Made by a program: the position numbers and the translations under genes. From the NCBI GenBank assembly GCA_013151445.1, contig JAADIG010000052.1, forward strand, positions 2 to 64,001: DNA of 64,000 nucleotides. Direction: 5' to 3'. Positions 9,140-18,248 of the stretch are shown here, one piece after another (the stretch's first letter is position 1; the number at the start of each line of letters is the position of its first letter). The notes under the pieces are model-generated. The model made no database searches, was not told the origin of the DNA, and saw only the letters and a program-made list of their open reading frames with translations. Source of the stretch: Actinomycetota bacterium. Lineage in GTDB: Bacteria; Actinomycetota; Acidimicrobiia; Spongiisociales; UBA5794.

Positions 9140-11305
9140 ATGATGCCGTTTATACGACAGATGCTACGCACCGCGCTCACCGTTACGCTGGCCGCCAGCC
9201 TGCTTGTAGCAATACCAGGCCTTGCGTCCGCGGGTCAGGGTTTTCGGGACGACGATGGGAATATCCACGAGAACTCGATTGAGGCGCTCTCCAACGCGGG
9301 GATCACTCAGGGCTGCGGCACCGAGGAGTTCTGTCCCGACGAGGCGGTAACCCGCGGGCAAATGGCCGCATTCCTCGACCGAGCCCTTTCCCTGCCCCCG
9401 GCGAGCGGTGTCGAGTTCGACGACGACGACGGATCGATCTTCGAGGGATCCATTGAGAGGATCGCGGCCGTCGGGATTACCAAGGGGTGTAACCCGCCGG
9501 CGAACACCAACTTCTGCCCCGATAGTTTCGTAACCCGCGGGCAGATGGCAGCGTTCCTGGTCCGGGCACTCAACCTGACCGACACGGGATCTGCCTCGTT
9601 TGTGGATGACGACGGGTCGATTTTCGAAACAGATATCGAGAAGCTCGCCCAGGCTGGTATCACCCAGGGCTGCAACCCGCCGGCGAACGATCAGTTCTGT
9701 CCCTACTCTCGTGTGACGCGAGCACAGATGGCAACGTTCCTCACCAGAGCCCTCGACCTTCCGACCCAGCCGCCACCCGGATTCACCCTCGGGAACGAGG
9801 ACACGGCCCTCGTAACCCGATACGAGTCACGTCGCGATACCAGCGAGGGTCAGATACCCGATACCTACAACGCGCGGTACTCCCCACGTTCGTTCACCAC
9901 AGGTCTGGACGTCCTGCCCGATCCCGACGACGTCGACCTCGTCAATAGCCCGGGCCGCTACGACGGCTGGGATGTCCTCTCTCCGTCTACTCGCTGGGAG
10001 CACCTCAACCGCGGACCCGACCCGGATTGGTTCCGTTTCACCCTCAGTCGTGATGCCCGTGTCGGTGTCGTGTGGCGGAGCGACGAGACACCACCCGGGT
10101 GGTTATCCGGGTGGACGAAGGGCGGAACAGTCATCATCGACGACCGCATCCACGATGTCTACGAGAAGGACTTCGCGGCGGGTGAAATCAAACTCGGCAG
10201 CGTGGAGGGTCAGAACGGTTGGCGCAGAATGTATCTCGTGCTGCTCGCCGAGACCGATGGCACACCTACACCGACGCCACCGGCCCCCGAGGGTTGGTCC
10301 ACCCCATTGCCGAATCGACCGTGTTCTGCATGGGTACATGATCTCAACACAACCGTCGCCCCGGACGGCGAGTCCTATGTGAACTGGCACCCACAGATCG
10401 ATCCCGTCTACTGGTGTTCCTACGGGCACGATCACGGCTCCGACCCGGCAATCATCCCCGGCAACCCACTTGTCGGGTACGGATACGTAGCCGCCGCGGT
10501 GCCCCAGGTCGAACCTCATGGTGGGTTCAAGGAATTCATCATGGAGTCGCCCGATGGTGACTACTGGCTTAGATTCATCATCCATGCGGGGACAGCCTTC
10601 GAAAGACGAATCTGCGCCCGCTTCCACACGCTCTTCATCATGGTGTACGACAAAGCGGGAAACGAAAAGTTCTCGGTCGGATACAAGAACGACTACGGAA
10701 CAGCCACCGACAGTGACGGCAACGTATTAACACCGACAGATTGTGGATACTCAATGCCAGCGCTCGCCAACGAGGTTTCCGATCGGCAGAAACGCACCAT
10801 CAACGTCGGTGCTGCCAGCGATAACTACGAGCGTTGGGACTCAAGGTTCGAGACTGACGCGGTCCGCAACCTCGGCATGGTCGTGTTTGAGCACGAGTTC
10901 GATGTCATCAACCCGATATCAGCCTGTACGAACCGCACATGCAACGATGTTGTCGTGCGCGACCTTGAGCGGTTCGACGCGACACGAAGACAGATCTTCC
11001 TCGCCAGTTGGCGAGGAGACTTCGAGTTCGATGCCGATCACGCCCTCGGCCAGGGTGAGTATTTCACCGACCCCTTCGCCCAGGGCCTCGTGGACGCCTC
11101 GGCCTCGAACGCCCTGCGCCAATACGTCGAACCCGGTTTCAAGCTCACGATTGCAAAGAACGCGACCGCAAACCGAATCGGCTGTGTCTCGTGGGATCCG
11201 TGGAGCCAGGAATTCATCTGCTACCAAACCGGAGGCTCCGGGAACCGCGAGAATATCCCGTTCCCACCCCGCAAGAACCTCGAGTACGGCATCTGGCGCG
11301 ACTAA
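9140..11305 (+). CDS. Secreted protein, 3 x SLH-like repeats + ~500-aa domain of unknown function
   Basis: Signal peptide and three tandem ~55-aa repeats, each with GC(N)PP..FCP and VTRGQMAAFL.RAL. Divergent from the gene at 8149..8961. Confidence 0.75.
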   Translation: MMPFIRQMLRTALTVTLAASLLVAIPGLASAGQGFRDDDGNIHENSIEALSNAGITQGCGTEEFCPDEAVTRGQMAAFLDRALSLPPASGVEFDDDDGSIFEGSIERIAAVGITKGCNPPANTNFCPDSFVTRGQMAAFLVRALNLTDTGSASFVDDDGSIFETDIEKLAQAGITQGCNPPANDQFCPYSRVTRAQMATFLTRALDLPTQPPPGFTLGNEDTALVTRYESRRDTSEGQIPDTYNARYSPRSFTTGLDVLPDPDDVDLVNSPGRYDGWDVLSPSTRWEHLNRGPDPDWFRFTLSRDARVGVVWRSDETPPGWLSGWTKGGTVIIDDRIHDVYEKDFAAGEIKLGSVEGQNGWRRMYLVLLAETDGTPTPTPPAPEGWSTPLPNRPCSAWVHDLNTTVAPDGESYVNWHPQIDPVYWCSYGHDHGSDPAIIPGNPLVGYGYVAAAVPQVEPHGGFKEFIMESPDGDYWLRFIIHAGTAFERRICARFHTLFIMVYDKAGNEKFSVGYKNDYGTATDSDGNVLTPTDCGYSMPALANEVSDRQKRTINVGAASDNYERWDSRFETDAVRNLGMVVFEHEFDVINPISACTNRTCNDVVVRDLERFDATRRQIFLASWRGDFEFDADHALGQGEYFTDPFAQGLVDASASNALRQYVEPGFKLTIAKNATANRIGCVSWDPWSQEFICYQTGGSGNRENIPFPPRKNLEYGIWRD
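9236..9750 (+). repeat. Three tandem SLH-like repeat modules
   Basis: Repeated motif at both DNA and protein level. The antisense ORF 9307..9675 is its mirror image. Confidence 0.65.
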
Positions 11306-11356
11306 CTCCGCTGGCAGCGGAGGGACGCAGGTTACTCGTTCATATCGGCGATATGA

Positions 11357-12178
11357 TTGCGGGTGATGACATCCACGCATCTCGTAGTCTCGCCATGGGA
11401 GCGACTTGCGGCGCGCATCAGGATGCCCCTGACCGCCGTCACTGTCGTGTCGCTAGCGGTCGACGTGTTCCTACCAGTCCCGCGATGGTGGCCGTGGATA
11501 TACATCGCGACGGCGATCCCGGCGACCGCACTGTACTTCAGGCTGGCCACGCCGCACGCAGATCCCGTTGATGTCACGGCACCCGTGCAAGGTCGATGGC
11601 AAGCGGTGAACAGTCCCACGTCGCGGGTTCCCAGCCACTACGTTCACGCATGGGCCCAAACGTACGCGATCGATCTGGTTTTCGATCCAGCCGACGGGTC
11701 GCGCCCAGAAATGTCGTGGTGGCCGCTGGTGCGGCACCCGACAACATACCCGGGATTCGGACAGCCGATTGTGGCTCCGATCGATGGCACGGTCGTCCGC
11801 GTCCGTTCCTTCATGCGGGACCATCTGAGCCGATCCTCACCCCCGGCACTGCTCTACTTGTTAGTTGAGAGCGTCCGGGAGTTCTTCGGTCCCATCGGCA
11901 TCCTCGGTAACCACATCGTCATCCGCAGAGACGATGGGACGCACCTACTACTCGCCCACCTCCGGCAGGGCTCCTTGCTCGTCAAACGCGGCGATCGAGT
12001 GGCCCGGGGAACCAAGATCGCGGAATGCGGAAACTCCGGCAACTCCAGCGAACCACATGTGCACATCCAAGCGATGGACCGGGCCAGCGTGTGGATTGCC
12101 GCTGGTCTTCCAATCCGATTCGACCATGGGGAACCCCCGGCGAACGGTGATCTCCTACCGACCGATGCGACGCTGTAG
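11357..12178 (+). CDS. M23 family metallopeptidase (LytM domain), membrane-anchored
   Basis: GNHIVIRRDDGTHLLLAHL...CGNSGNSSEPHVHIQ matches the M23 HxxxD / HxH motifs. N-terminal hydrophobic segments. Start uncertain. Confidence 0.75.
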   Translation: MRVMTSTHLVVSPWERLAARIRMPLTAVTVVSLAVDVFLPVPRWWPWIYIATAIPATALYFRLATPHADPVDVTAPVQGRWQAVNSPTSRVPSHYVHAWAQTYAIDLVFDPADGSRPEMSWWPLVRHPTTYPGFGQPIVAPIDGTVVRVRSFMRDHLSRSSPPALLYLLVESVREFFGPIGILGNHIVIRRDDGTHLLLAHLRQGSLLVKRGDRVARGTKIAECGNSGNSSEPHVHIQAMDRASVWIAAGLPIRFDHGEPPANGDLLPTDATL

Positions 12179-12220
12179 CGAATCTGACGACCGATCGGAG
12201 CCGTGTGCCCGACGCACGAC

Positions 12221-13084
12221 CTACGGCTCGGTGCCGGGTGGTGGTTGTGGCAGGGTCGTCCGAGTCACCTGGTCATAACCAAGGTGTTGCTCTCGTGGGC
12301 GTGTGTCCGCCCCGGGGATCCGCGCCAGGAGGTCCGAAAACTCGGGAGCATCCGCATACTGCATCGCATCCAGTGCCGCCTCCGACAGCGCCCCCCTCGA
12401 AGCCAACGTGCGCCGATCCGAGTACGCCGTCCACAACCGGACCCCATGGGCCTGACCGCCAGAGGCCGACGGCAGCTCAACGTATGTGGACCGAGGACTC
12501 GCCAGCACAATCTTTCTCGCAACTCCATTCTCGAATCCCACGACCCGGTATTTGCCGACAATCAGGATGCGCAAACCGACGGTGTCAATGGAACCGATGG
12601 TTTCGGGCACGAACGCCGAGTCCGCCCGCTTGGAAAATGCGACTGCAACAACATCTCCCGAAACCAGGGTTCCGGCATCGGTACCGTCAGCCAAGAGAAT
12701 TTCGACCACCTTGACTGTCAACACTTGAAAGTCGTATGGCCCGTTCACGCCACGACCTTCGGAGTTCATGGAGGCCGGGGGTTCCGGGGTCCGGTACTCT
12801 TCAATGGCGGCCCCTCCAACCGAAACTATCTCGCCGACCATCACCAGCGGCGAACGTTTAACCGCCTGCTCGAAAGTCAGCTGCACCACAGAGGTAGCGT
12901 TGTATGAGCGGGACGGGTCAGAATCTTCGGTGACTGTGGGCGTAGCGAAGCCAACGTTCGCCTCGCCACCTGCAAGAGGCGGCTGAGCCTCGACGGTGAC
13001 TGCCGCACCGCTAGCGGCACATGCAGAAACGGCGAGAGTGACAACCAGGACGACGCAGAGCGTGCCGTGACGCTTCCGCCTCAT
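12221..13084 (-). CDS. Lipoprotein (hypothetical)
   Basis: MRRKRHGTLCVVLVVTLAVSAC, a signal peptide plus lipobox. Confidence 0.6.
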   Translation of the reverse strand: MRRKRHGTLCVVLVVTLAVSACAASGAAVTVEAQPPLAGGEANVGFATPTVTEDSDPSRSYNATSVVQLTFEQAVKRSPLVMVGEIVSVGGAAIEEYRTPEPPASMNSEGRGVNGPYDFQVLTVKVVEILLADGTDAGTLVSGDVVAVAFSKRADSAFVPETIGSIDTVGLRILIVGKYRVVGFENGVARKIVLASPRSTYVELPSASGGQAHGVRLWTAYSDRRTLASRGALSEAALDAMQYADAPEFSDLLARIPGADTRPREQHLGYDQVTRTTLPQPPPGTEP

Positions 13085-13449
13085 GTTGAGCATTGCTCGT
13101 AGCTCCTTTCAATCCACCACTCGTACAGGCGTCGGTTGCCGAACCGCGCGGGACCGGACTCGGCGGCCGCCGACATCACCCACAGACACCATCGTGTGTC
13201 GACTCCAACTGTTTTGACGGACTAACCCGGTTCCGTGGTTCCCGTGAACGTGTTCAAGTTTCCGGCGGCCCCGGCGACGCAACGGCCGGTTGGCTCCTAC
13301 CGGCCGATCGGCGCTGGCGGACAACCTCTTTACGACAGTGATCTCGCGGCCGAATTCCTGACCCGCCGCTGGGTCAGTCGGTTTCGCGAGGAGATATCCG
13401 AGACGTATGTAGAACCCTGCTGCGGGACGTTGTGTTCGTAATAACAGAG

Positions 13450-13904
13450 TCACATCCGCTCGAGACCGGTATTCATACCCCACGTTTCGAGCGCTCCAAC
13501 GAGGGCATCCGCGATGCCCGAACCGCGCAGCTCCGTGCGACCCACATGCCGGACGTCTCGTCCTCGCGAACATACGCACCGGCCATGGCCTCGACTGTTC
13601 CGTTGGCCTCGGCGACGAAGACGACCCGCTCTCCCCCGGCCGATGCGGTGGTCGCTCGCTCGGCCCACGGGTCGTCACCATAGGTTGGTGCGATATCCAG
13701 AGTCGTGGCGAACGCCGCGGAATCCTCGGCCAATCCCCGCAGACGGATTGCCCGCAGGGTTGCACCGTCACCGTCCCATATCCGCCGCACGGAGAGTTGC
13801 GTCGTTATCTCGCCACTGTATCGAAACCGTCTCCGAAGGACAGGAACGGCCTCTGCACCACAAGGCGCATGTTTCCTAAACTTTGGTAGGGTTGAAAGCG
13901 ACAC
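13450..13904 (-). pseudogene. GNAT family N-acetyltransferase, apparent frameshift
   Basis: The N-terminal two-thirds are in ORF 13473..13904. GNAT motif A (RGSGIADALVGALETWG) is in a different frame (ORF 13450..13668). The frames switch near 13560-13600. Confidence 0.4.
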
Positions 13905-13915
13905 ATTTGCGAGAC

Positions 13916-15001
13916 ATGGAAGTGGGACACATGCAACCTCGACGATTTGTTCTTCTCGGCCTGGCCGTGGTCACGGCGCTGTCCGTAGCCGTACCGGCAA
14001 CCGCAACCGATGCGTTCACCGATGTGCCGGACACCAACGTATTCTCGGCTGATATTCAATGGTTGGAGGATGCCGGCATCACCCAGGGATGCAACCCGCC
14101 AGCCAACGACCGCTTCTGCCCAACGGAGAACGTCACCCGCGAGCAAATGGCCGCATTTCTCGTCCGCTCACTCGGCCTCACCGACAACGGCGGCGGAAAC
14201 ACCTTCACCGACGACGATGGCTCCGTGTTCGAGAACGACATCGCCAAACTCGCCGCCGCAGGAATCACCCAGGGATGCAACCCACCGACCAACGACCGCT
14301 TCTGCCCAACAGAGAACGTCACCCGCGAGCAAATGGCCGCATTCCTCCATCGCTCCCTTGATCCGGCACCAAACCAGGTGCAGGATCTCATCGTCACCCT
14401 GAGCGGAGGCAGCAATGAGATAGACGTCTCGTGGGAGCCAAACCCCGAAGCGGACATTGCCAGCTACAACGTGTGGTTCAGCGAACTGCCGGGTGGAGCG
14501 AAGGCAATCGTCCCCGAGCCGTACACGTTCGGTCCTGCGACGAGGACGTCGGGACGTTGGTACATCATCGACTGGCCACGGGCGCAAACGTCGGGAGAGA
14601 CCTGTTATCAGGTCAGCGCCGTCGATGCCTCTGGTCAAGAAAGCCCCCGATCGGTAGAGGAGTGTTTTGACTCCACACCTGGCGCACCAACTCAGGTCAT
14701 GGGCGTGACCGTCGGGTTGGGCGGCGGCAGCGGAGAAGTGTTTGTGTCGTGGGACCCGAATCCTGAGGGCGACATTGCTTCCTACAACGCCTATTTCAGC
14801 GAGTTTCCCGGGGGACCGTACACGTACGTCCCGGAACCGTACTTCTTCGGACCGGACACACTCATGTCGGGTCGGGTCTACTTCATCGATCAGCCACGGG
14901 AAGACACAGTCGGCAAGACGTGTTATATCATCACCGCCGTCGACCTGAATGAAAAAGAGGGACCTGCCTCGGTGGAAGGATGCTTCGACCCTGACGCGTA
15001 G
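13916..15001 (+). CDS. Secreted protein, 2 x SLH-like repeats + 2 x FN3-like repeats
   Basis: Signal peptide (start at 13916 or 13931). Two SLH-like repeats nearly identical at DNA level, then two ~100-aa Ig/FN3-like modules. Confidence 0.75.
   Translation: MEVGHMQPRRFVLLGLAVVTALSVAVPATATDAFTDVPDTNVFSADIQWLEDAGITQGCNPPANDRFCPTENVTREQMAAFLVRSLGLTDNGGGNTFTDDDGSVFENDIAKLAAAGITQGCNPPTNDRFCPTENVTREQMAAFLHRSLDPAPNQVQDLIVTLSGGSNEIDVSWEPNPEADIASYNVWFSELPGGAKAIVPEPYTFGPATRTSGRWYIIDWPRAQTSGETCYQVSAVDASGQESPRSVEECFDSTPGAPTQVMGVTVGLGGGSGEVFVSWDPNPEGDIASYNAYFSEFPGGPYTYVPEPYFFGPDTLMSGRVYFIDQPREDTVGKTCYIITAVDLNEKEGPASVEGCFDPDA
14012..14333 (+). repeat. Two tandem SLH-like repeat modules (near-identical at DNA level)
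   Basis: 14081-14160 versus 14262-14345 are almost identical (atcacccagggatgcaaccc...cgcgagcaaatggccgcattc). Confidence 0.7.
14371..14998 (+). repeat. Intragenic tandem duplication (~310 nt x 2) encoding FN3-like modules
   Basis: Protein repeats ...VSWEPNPEADIASYNVWFSELPGG... and ...VSWDPNPEGDIASYNAYFSEFPGG... Confidence 0.65.
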
Positions 15002-15042
15002 ACCACGGCATCCAGTAACCGCACAACGCATTGGCCACTCCC

Positions 15043-15219
15043 ATGATCGACATCTTCCTACCGTCCACCGACAGCGGTGTGCTGTTTCAGCTTGTTCTCT
15101 GGACGGCCCTGACCGGGATCGCCGTGCGCCGTACCCGACAGAACAAGGACTACCGAATTCTTGCGATCGGTGTGAGTCTGCTGGTGTACTCGTTGATGGG
15201 CGTCCGTGCCCTCCACTGA
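15043..15219 (+). CDS. Small two-TM membrane protein, paralog of 15803..15985
   Basis: LVLWTALTGIAVRRTRQNKDYRILAIGVSLLVYSLMGVRALH aligns with the second copy. Confidence 0.45.
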   Translation: MIDIFLPSTDSGVLFQLVLWTALTGIAVRRTRQNKDYRILAIGVSLLVYSLMGVRALH

Positions 15220-15292
15220 CGATCCCCCTACCGATTCGGCACGCCGGAACCGGCCCTGGGAATAGAGCCGTGCGACTACTGTTGCCATCACT

Positions 15293-15802
15293 ATGAACAC
15301 TGCTGACCTCCTCAAGTTCCGTGCCGACAAGGACCGTTTCTTCAAGCTCTCCGAGCAGTCCCCCTTACGTCATGAGACCCAGCACGACTTCAATGGGCTT
15401 TCATACTTCGAGCCCAACGAAGATCTGGTCTTTGATGTCACGCTTGATGCCGTGGAGCCGACTGAAGTCACCATCGCAACCACCGCAGGCGAGGAGCGGA
15501 CATACTCGCGTGTGGCGACCGCAACCGTGTCGGTCGATGGAGAAGACACAGCCGTCGCGTTGTACTCGACCGGCCATGAAGGCCTCTTCTTACCCTTCCG
15601 GGATGCGACGTCCGGATCCGAAACCTACGGCGCCGGTAGATATATCGACGTTCATCCCCATGGTGACGGTACTGCCGTTATCGACTTCAACTATGCGTAC
15701 GCACCCTTTTGCGCATACAACGACAACTATTCCTGTGCCCTGCCACCGCATGAGAACTGGCTGTCAGTACCAATCCGAGCGGGCGAACGGAGCCCCGAGT
15801 AA
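15293..15802 (+). CDS. DUF1684 family protein
   Basis: FRADKDRFFK, ETYGAGRY and DFNYAYAPFCAYNDNYSCALPPHENWL are signature motifs of DUF1684. Confidence 0.75.
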   Translation: MNTADLLKFRADKDRFFKLSEQSPLRHETQHDFNGLSYFEPNEDLVFDVTLDAVEPTEVTIATTAGEERTYSRVATATVSVDGEDTAVALYSTGHEGLFLPFRDATSGSETYGAGRYIDVHPHGDGTAVIDFNYAYAPFCAYNDNYSCALPPHENWLSVPIRAGERSPE

Positions 15803-15985
15803 GTGAACGACTCCCTGGTATTGCTGGCTTCGACCAGTGGCAGCGCACCCGCACAACTCGTTGCCTGGGCAATTATCTCGCTCGTCGGCATCGGGATCGT
15901 GCGCAACAACAAGGACCTCCGGCTCCTCGTGATCGGTGTTAGTTTCTCCGCGTTCGGTGTGCTCCTCATCCGTGCGATCCACTAG
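15803..15985 (+). CDS. Small two-TM membrane protein, paralog of 15043..15219
   Basis: LVAWAIISLVGIGIVRNNKDLRLLVIGVSFSAFGVLLIRAIH. Starts immediately after the DUF1684 stop. Confidence 0.45.
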   Translation: MNDSLVLLASTSGSAPAQLVAWAIISLVGIGIVRNNKDLRLLVIGVSFSAFGVLLIRAIH

Positions 15986-16008
15986 CCCGTCGGCCTAAGA
16001 TTCGCTCC

Positions 16009-16995
16009 ATGTTCGATTTCGCTCGCTCCCCGGTTCCGGTTCGCGACAACCTCAAGCGTGCCTACCGCAACATCTGGGCCCATCTCGCCCAGCCCGGACC
16101 CGTACTCGACGCCTCCCACCGAAAAGTTCTTCTCGACGCCGCCCGCACTGGGCGCTCCGATGAGACACCCCCCACCGGTATCGCCCCACCGGCGCTCGAG
16201 CTACTCGCAACCACCTTGTACACAAACCCCGCCGCTGTCTCCGAGACGACAGTGCGCGACGCCGCAGACGAGGCCAGTGATGCCGCGGTGGCAGAAACGG
16301 TGGGCCTGGTGGCGATGCTCAGCGCAGTGGACGGTGCCCATCGGGTGTTGGGCGTCGAACTTGAAGCGCTCCCCAACCCCGCCCCGGGGTCACCTACCGG
16401 CCGAATCGCGCAAGGACTCAAACGACGGCGTACCCATATACCGATGCCCTCGGGTGCGATTCCCCGCGCTCTCGATCTGGTTCCCGAGGTCGCAACCGTA
16501 TGGCGCAACTCGTTCGGAGCGCAATACATGACCGAGAGCGAAATGGCGCTCCACGACTTCCGGCGGGTACCGGGACTCGATCGCGCTCAAATGGAACTCG
16601 TCTCCTCGCGCACTTCTCTGATTAACGAATGTTTCTACTGAACCATCAGCCATGTGCGGATGCTCCGTGAGAGCGCCATCAGCTTCGGATACGACCTCGA
16701 CCTCGCCACCGTCGGTGACCCGGCAATCCCCACCGCGATACCTGGCGGCAACGCCTTGCTCGACCTTGTTGATGTTGCCCTCGGCAAGTCGGACAAACCG
16801 CTTCTCGATGCGCAGCAGGCGATCATCAACACCCTGGGGCCCGAAGCCCTCGTCGACGCAGCCGCGGTCCTCGGCAACTTCGAAATGATGAACCGTGTCG
16901 CCGAGGGCACCGGGATCCCGATACCGCAGCAATCCATCGATCGCGAAAGCGAAATCGTTGCGGCGCTCGGGCTACTCGACCTCATCAAGGGTTAA
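16009..16995 (+). CDS. AhpD/carboxymuconolactone-decarboxylase (CMD) family protein with in-frame TGA (candidate selenocysteine, CxxU)
   Basis: ORFs 16009..16641 and 16654..16995 are in the same frame, separated only by TGA at 16639-16641. The sequence LINECFY-[TGA]-TISH fits the CMD motif N-G-C-x-Y-C-x-x-x-H, with TGA at the second Cys position. If the TGA is a true stop, the gene is 16009..16641. Confidence 0.5.
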
Positions 16996-17001
16996 CGCGA
17001 A

Positions 17002-17041
17002 CGGAGCCATCCTCTCCCTCGTCGGTGACAGGATGGCTCCG
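17002..17041. terminator. Hairpin between convergent genes
   Basis: 12-bp inverted repeat cggagccatcct / aggatggctccg with a 16-nt loop. Confidence 0.4.
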
Positions 17042-17062
17042 CTCGGATCGGGGCGAGTTGGC

Positions 17063-18211
17063 CTACTCGCCGCTTGGCTTGAGCTCGACAGTGATCGGCG
17101 TCCAGCCCGATCCGTTCACATCAACCCCAGCGGCCTTCAAGTTGTCGAGGGCTTCCTGGGCGATGTCGGTTCGGAATGCCCCGTCCGTCGGGGGTGCGGT
17201 GAGGATGCTCTCGGTGGTCGCGACTGAGACTGTCTGATCCCACAGACTCTTGTCGAGGAGACCGATACCGTTCGACGACGGCCAAATGAGACCGTTGATC
17301 TCGTTCATCTGCCACTTCTGATGCGACTCGCCGAGTGTTGGACCGGCTGCGAGCACGATGTCCACGCACTTGTCGACGTTGTCCCTACAGAATATCCAAC
17401 CCCGCATCGATGCTTCGACGAACTTCACCGCGTTAGCTCGATACTCGGGATCGGATTCGAGTTTGTCCGCATCCGCCCAGATGGCATCCTGGAGCATCGC
17501 GGTGCCGACGTCGTTCCAATTGATGACATTGAGATCATCGGCGGTGAACAGTTCACCAGTCTCCGGATTGGTTGTTTCGAGGACCTGTGCGTACTCGTTG
17601 TAGATCATTGCCTGGGCGGCATCGATTTCACCCGAGATGAGGGCCAGCATGTCGAACTGTTGCTGGACCAGCGTGACATCGGTGTCGGGATCGAGTCCTG
17701 CACTGCGCAATCCGGCGAGGAGCTCGAACTCGTTACCGAATCCCCAGTTACCGACCGTCTTACCGGCAAGATCGGCGACCGACGTTATGCCCTTGTCCTT
17801 GAATGAGACCTGGAGAGTCGCCGACCTCTCGAAGATCTGCGCGATGTTGGTGATGTTCAGGCCCTCTTCGCGAGGCACCAGGCCACGCGGAACCCACGAA
17901 ATCGCAAAGTCGGCGGCACCCGAATCCAAAACGGTTGCAGGCAGGATATCGATGCCACCCTGGGTGATCGTTACGTCGAGACCGAGATCCTTGTAAAACC
18001 CTTGGTCGACAGCGGCGTAATAGCCGGCGAACTGCGCCTGTGTGAACCACTGCAACTGCAACGTGATCGGTGTTAGTTCCTTCGCATCGCCACCACCATC
18101 AGCACCAGTCGTGGCCGTATCATCGGCACCACCACCGCACGCGGCGGCGATAAGCGCCATGGCAAGCACGAAACCGAACAGCCTCGCGTTGCCTTTCTTC
18201 CTCTTCGTCAT
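17063..18211 (-). CDS. ABC transporter substrate-binding lipoprotein (NMT1/THI5-like, NitT/TauT family)
   Basis: Lipobox LIAAAC and a NitT/TauT-type SBP fold. Confidence 0.85.
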   Translation of the reverse strand: MTKRKKGNARLFGFVLAMALIAAACGGGADDTATTGADGGGDAKELTPITLQLQWFTQAQFAGYYAAVDQGFYKDLGLDVTITQGGIDILPATVLDSGAADFAISWVPRGLVPREEGLNITNIAQIFERSATLQVSFKDKGITSVADLAGKTVGNWGFGNEFELLAGLRSAGLDPDTDVTLVQQQFDMLALISGEIDAAQAMIYNEYAQVLETTNPETGELFTADDLNVINWNDVGTAMLQDAIWADADKLESDPEYRANAVKFVEASMRGWIFCRDNVDKCVDIVLAAGPTLGESHQKWQMNEINGLIWPSSNGIGLLDKSLWDQTVSVATTESILTAPPTDGAFRTDIAQEALDNLKAAGVDVNGSGWTPITVELKPSGE

Positions 18212-18248
18212 AGACCCTCTCCTTGTCTAGTTTCCCTGGTCGGAACCC

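Noticed and set aside
9307-9675. Antisense ORFs 9307..9675, 14056..14457 and 29404..29673, sharing an 'RNAAICPRVT…SGQK…GGLHP' motif
   Set aside because: They are mirror-image readings of the conserved SLH-like repeat DNA on the opposite strand. Coding signal and signal peptides are on the other strand.
12203-12907. Plus-strand ORFs opposite the lipoprotein gene
   Set aside because: Arg/Pro-rich and lack features. The minus-strand lipoprotein has a signal peptide and lipobox.
13109-13771. 220-aa Arg-rich minus ORF
   Set aside because: Low-complexity shadow frame overlapping the GNAT region.
16654-16995. Independent GTG-start gene downstream of the CMD ORF
   Set aside because: Same frame as the upstream ORF and no SD. 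The sequence continues the CMD motif across the TGA. Read-through (Sec) or pseudogene is more parsimonious.
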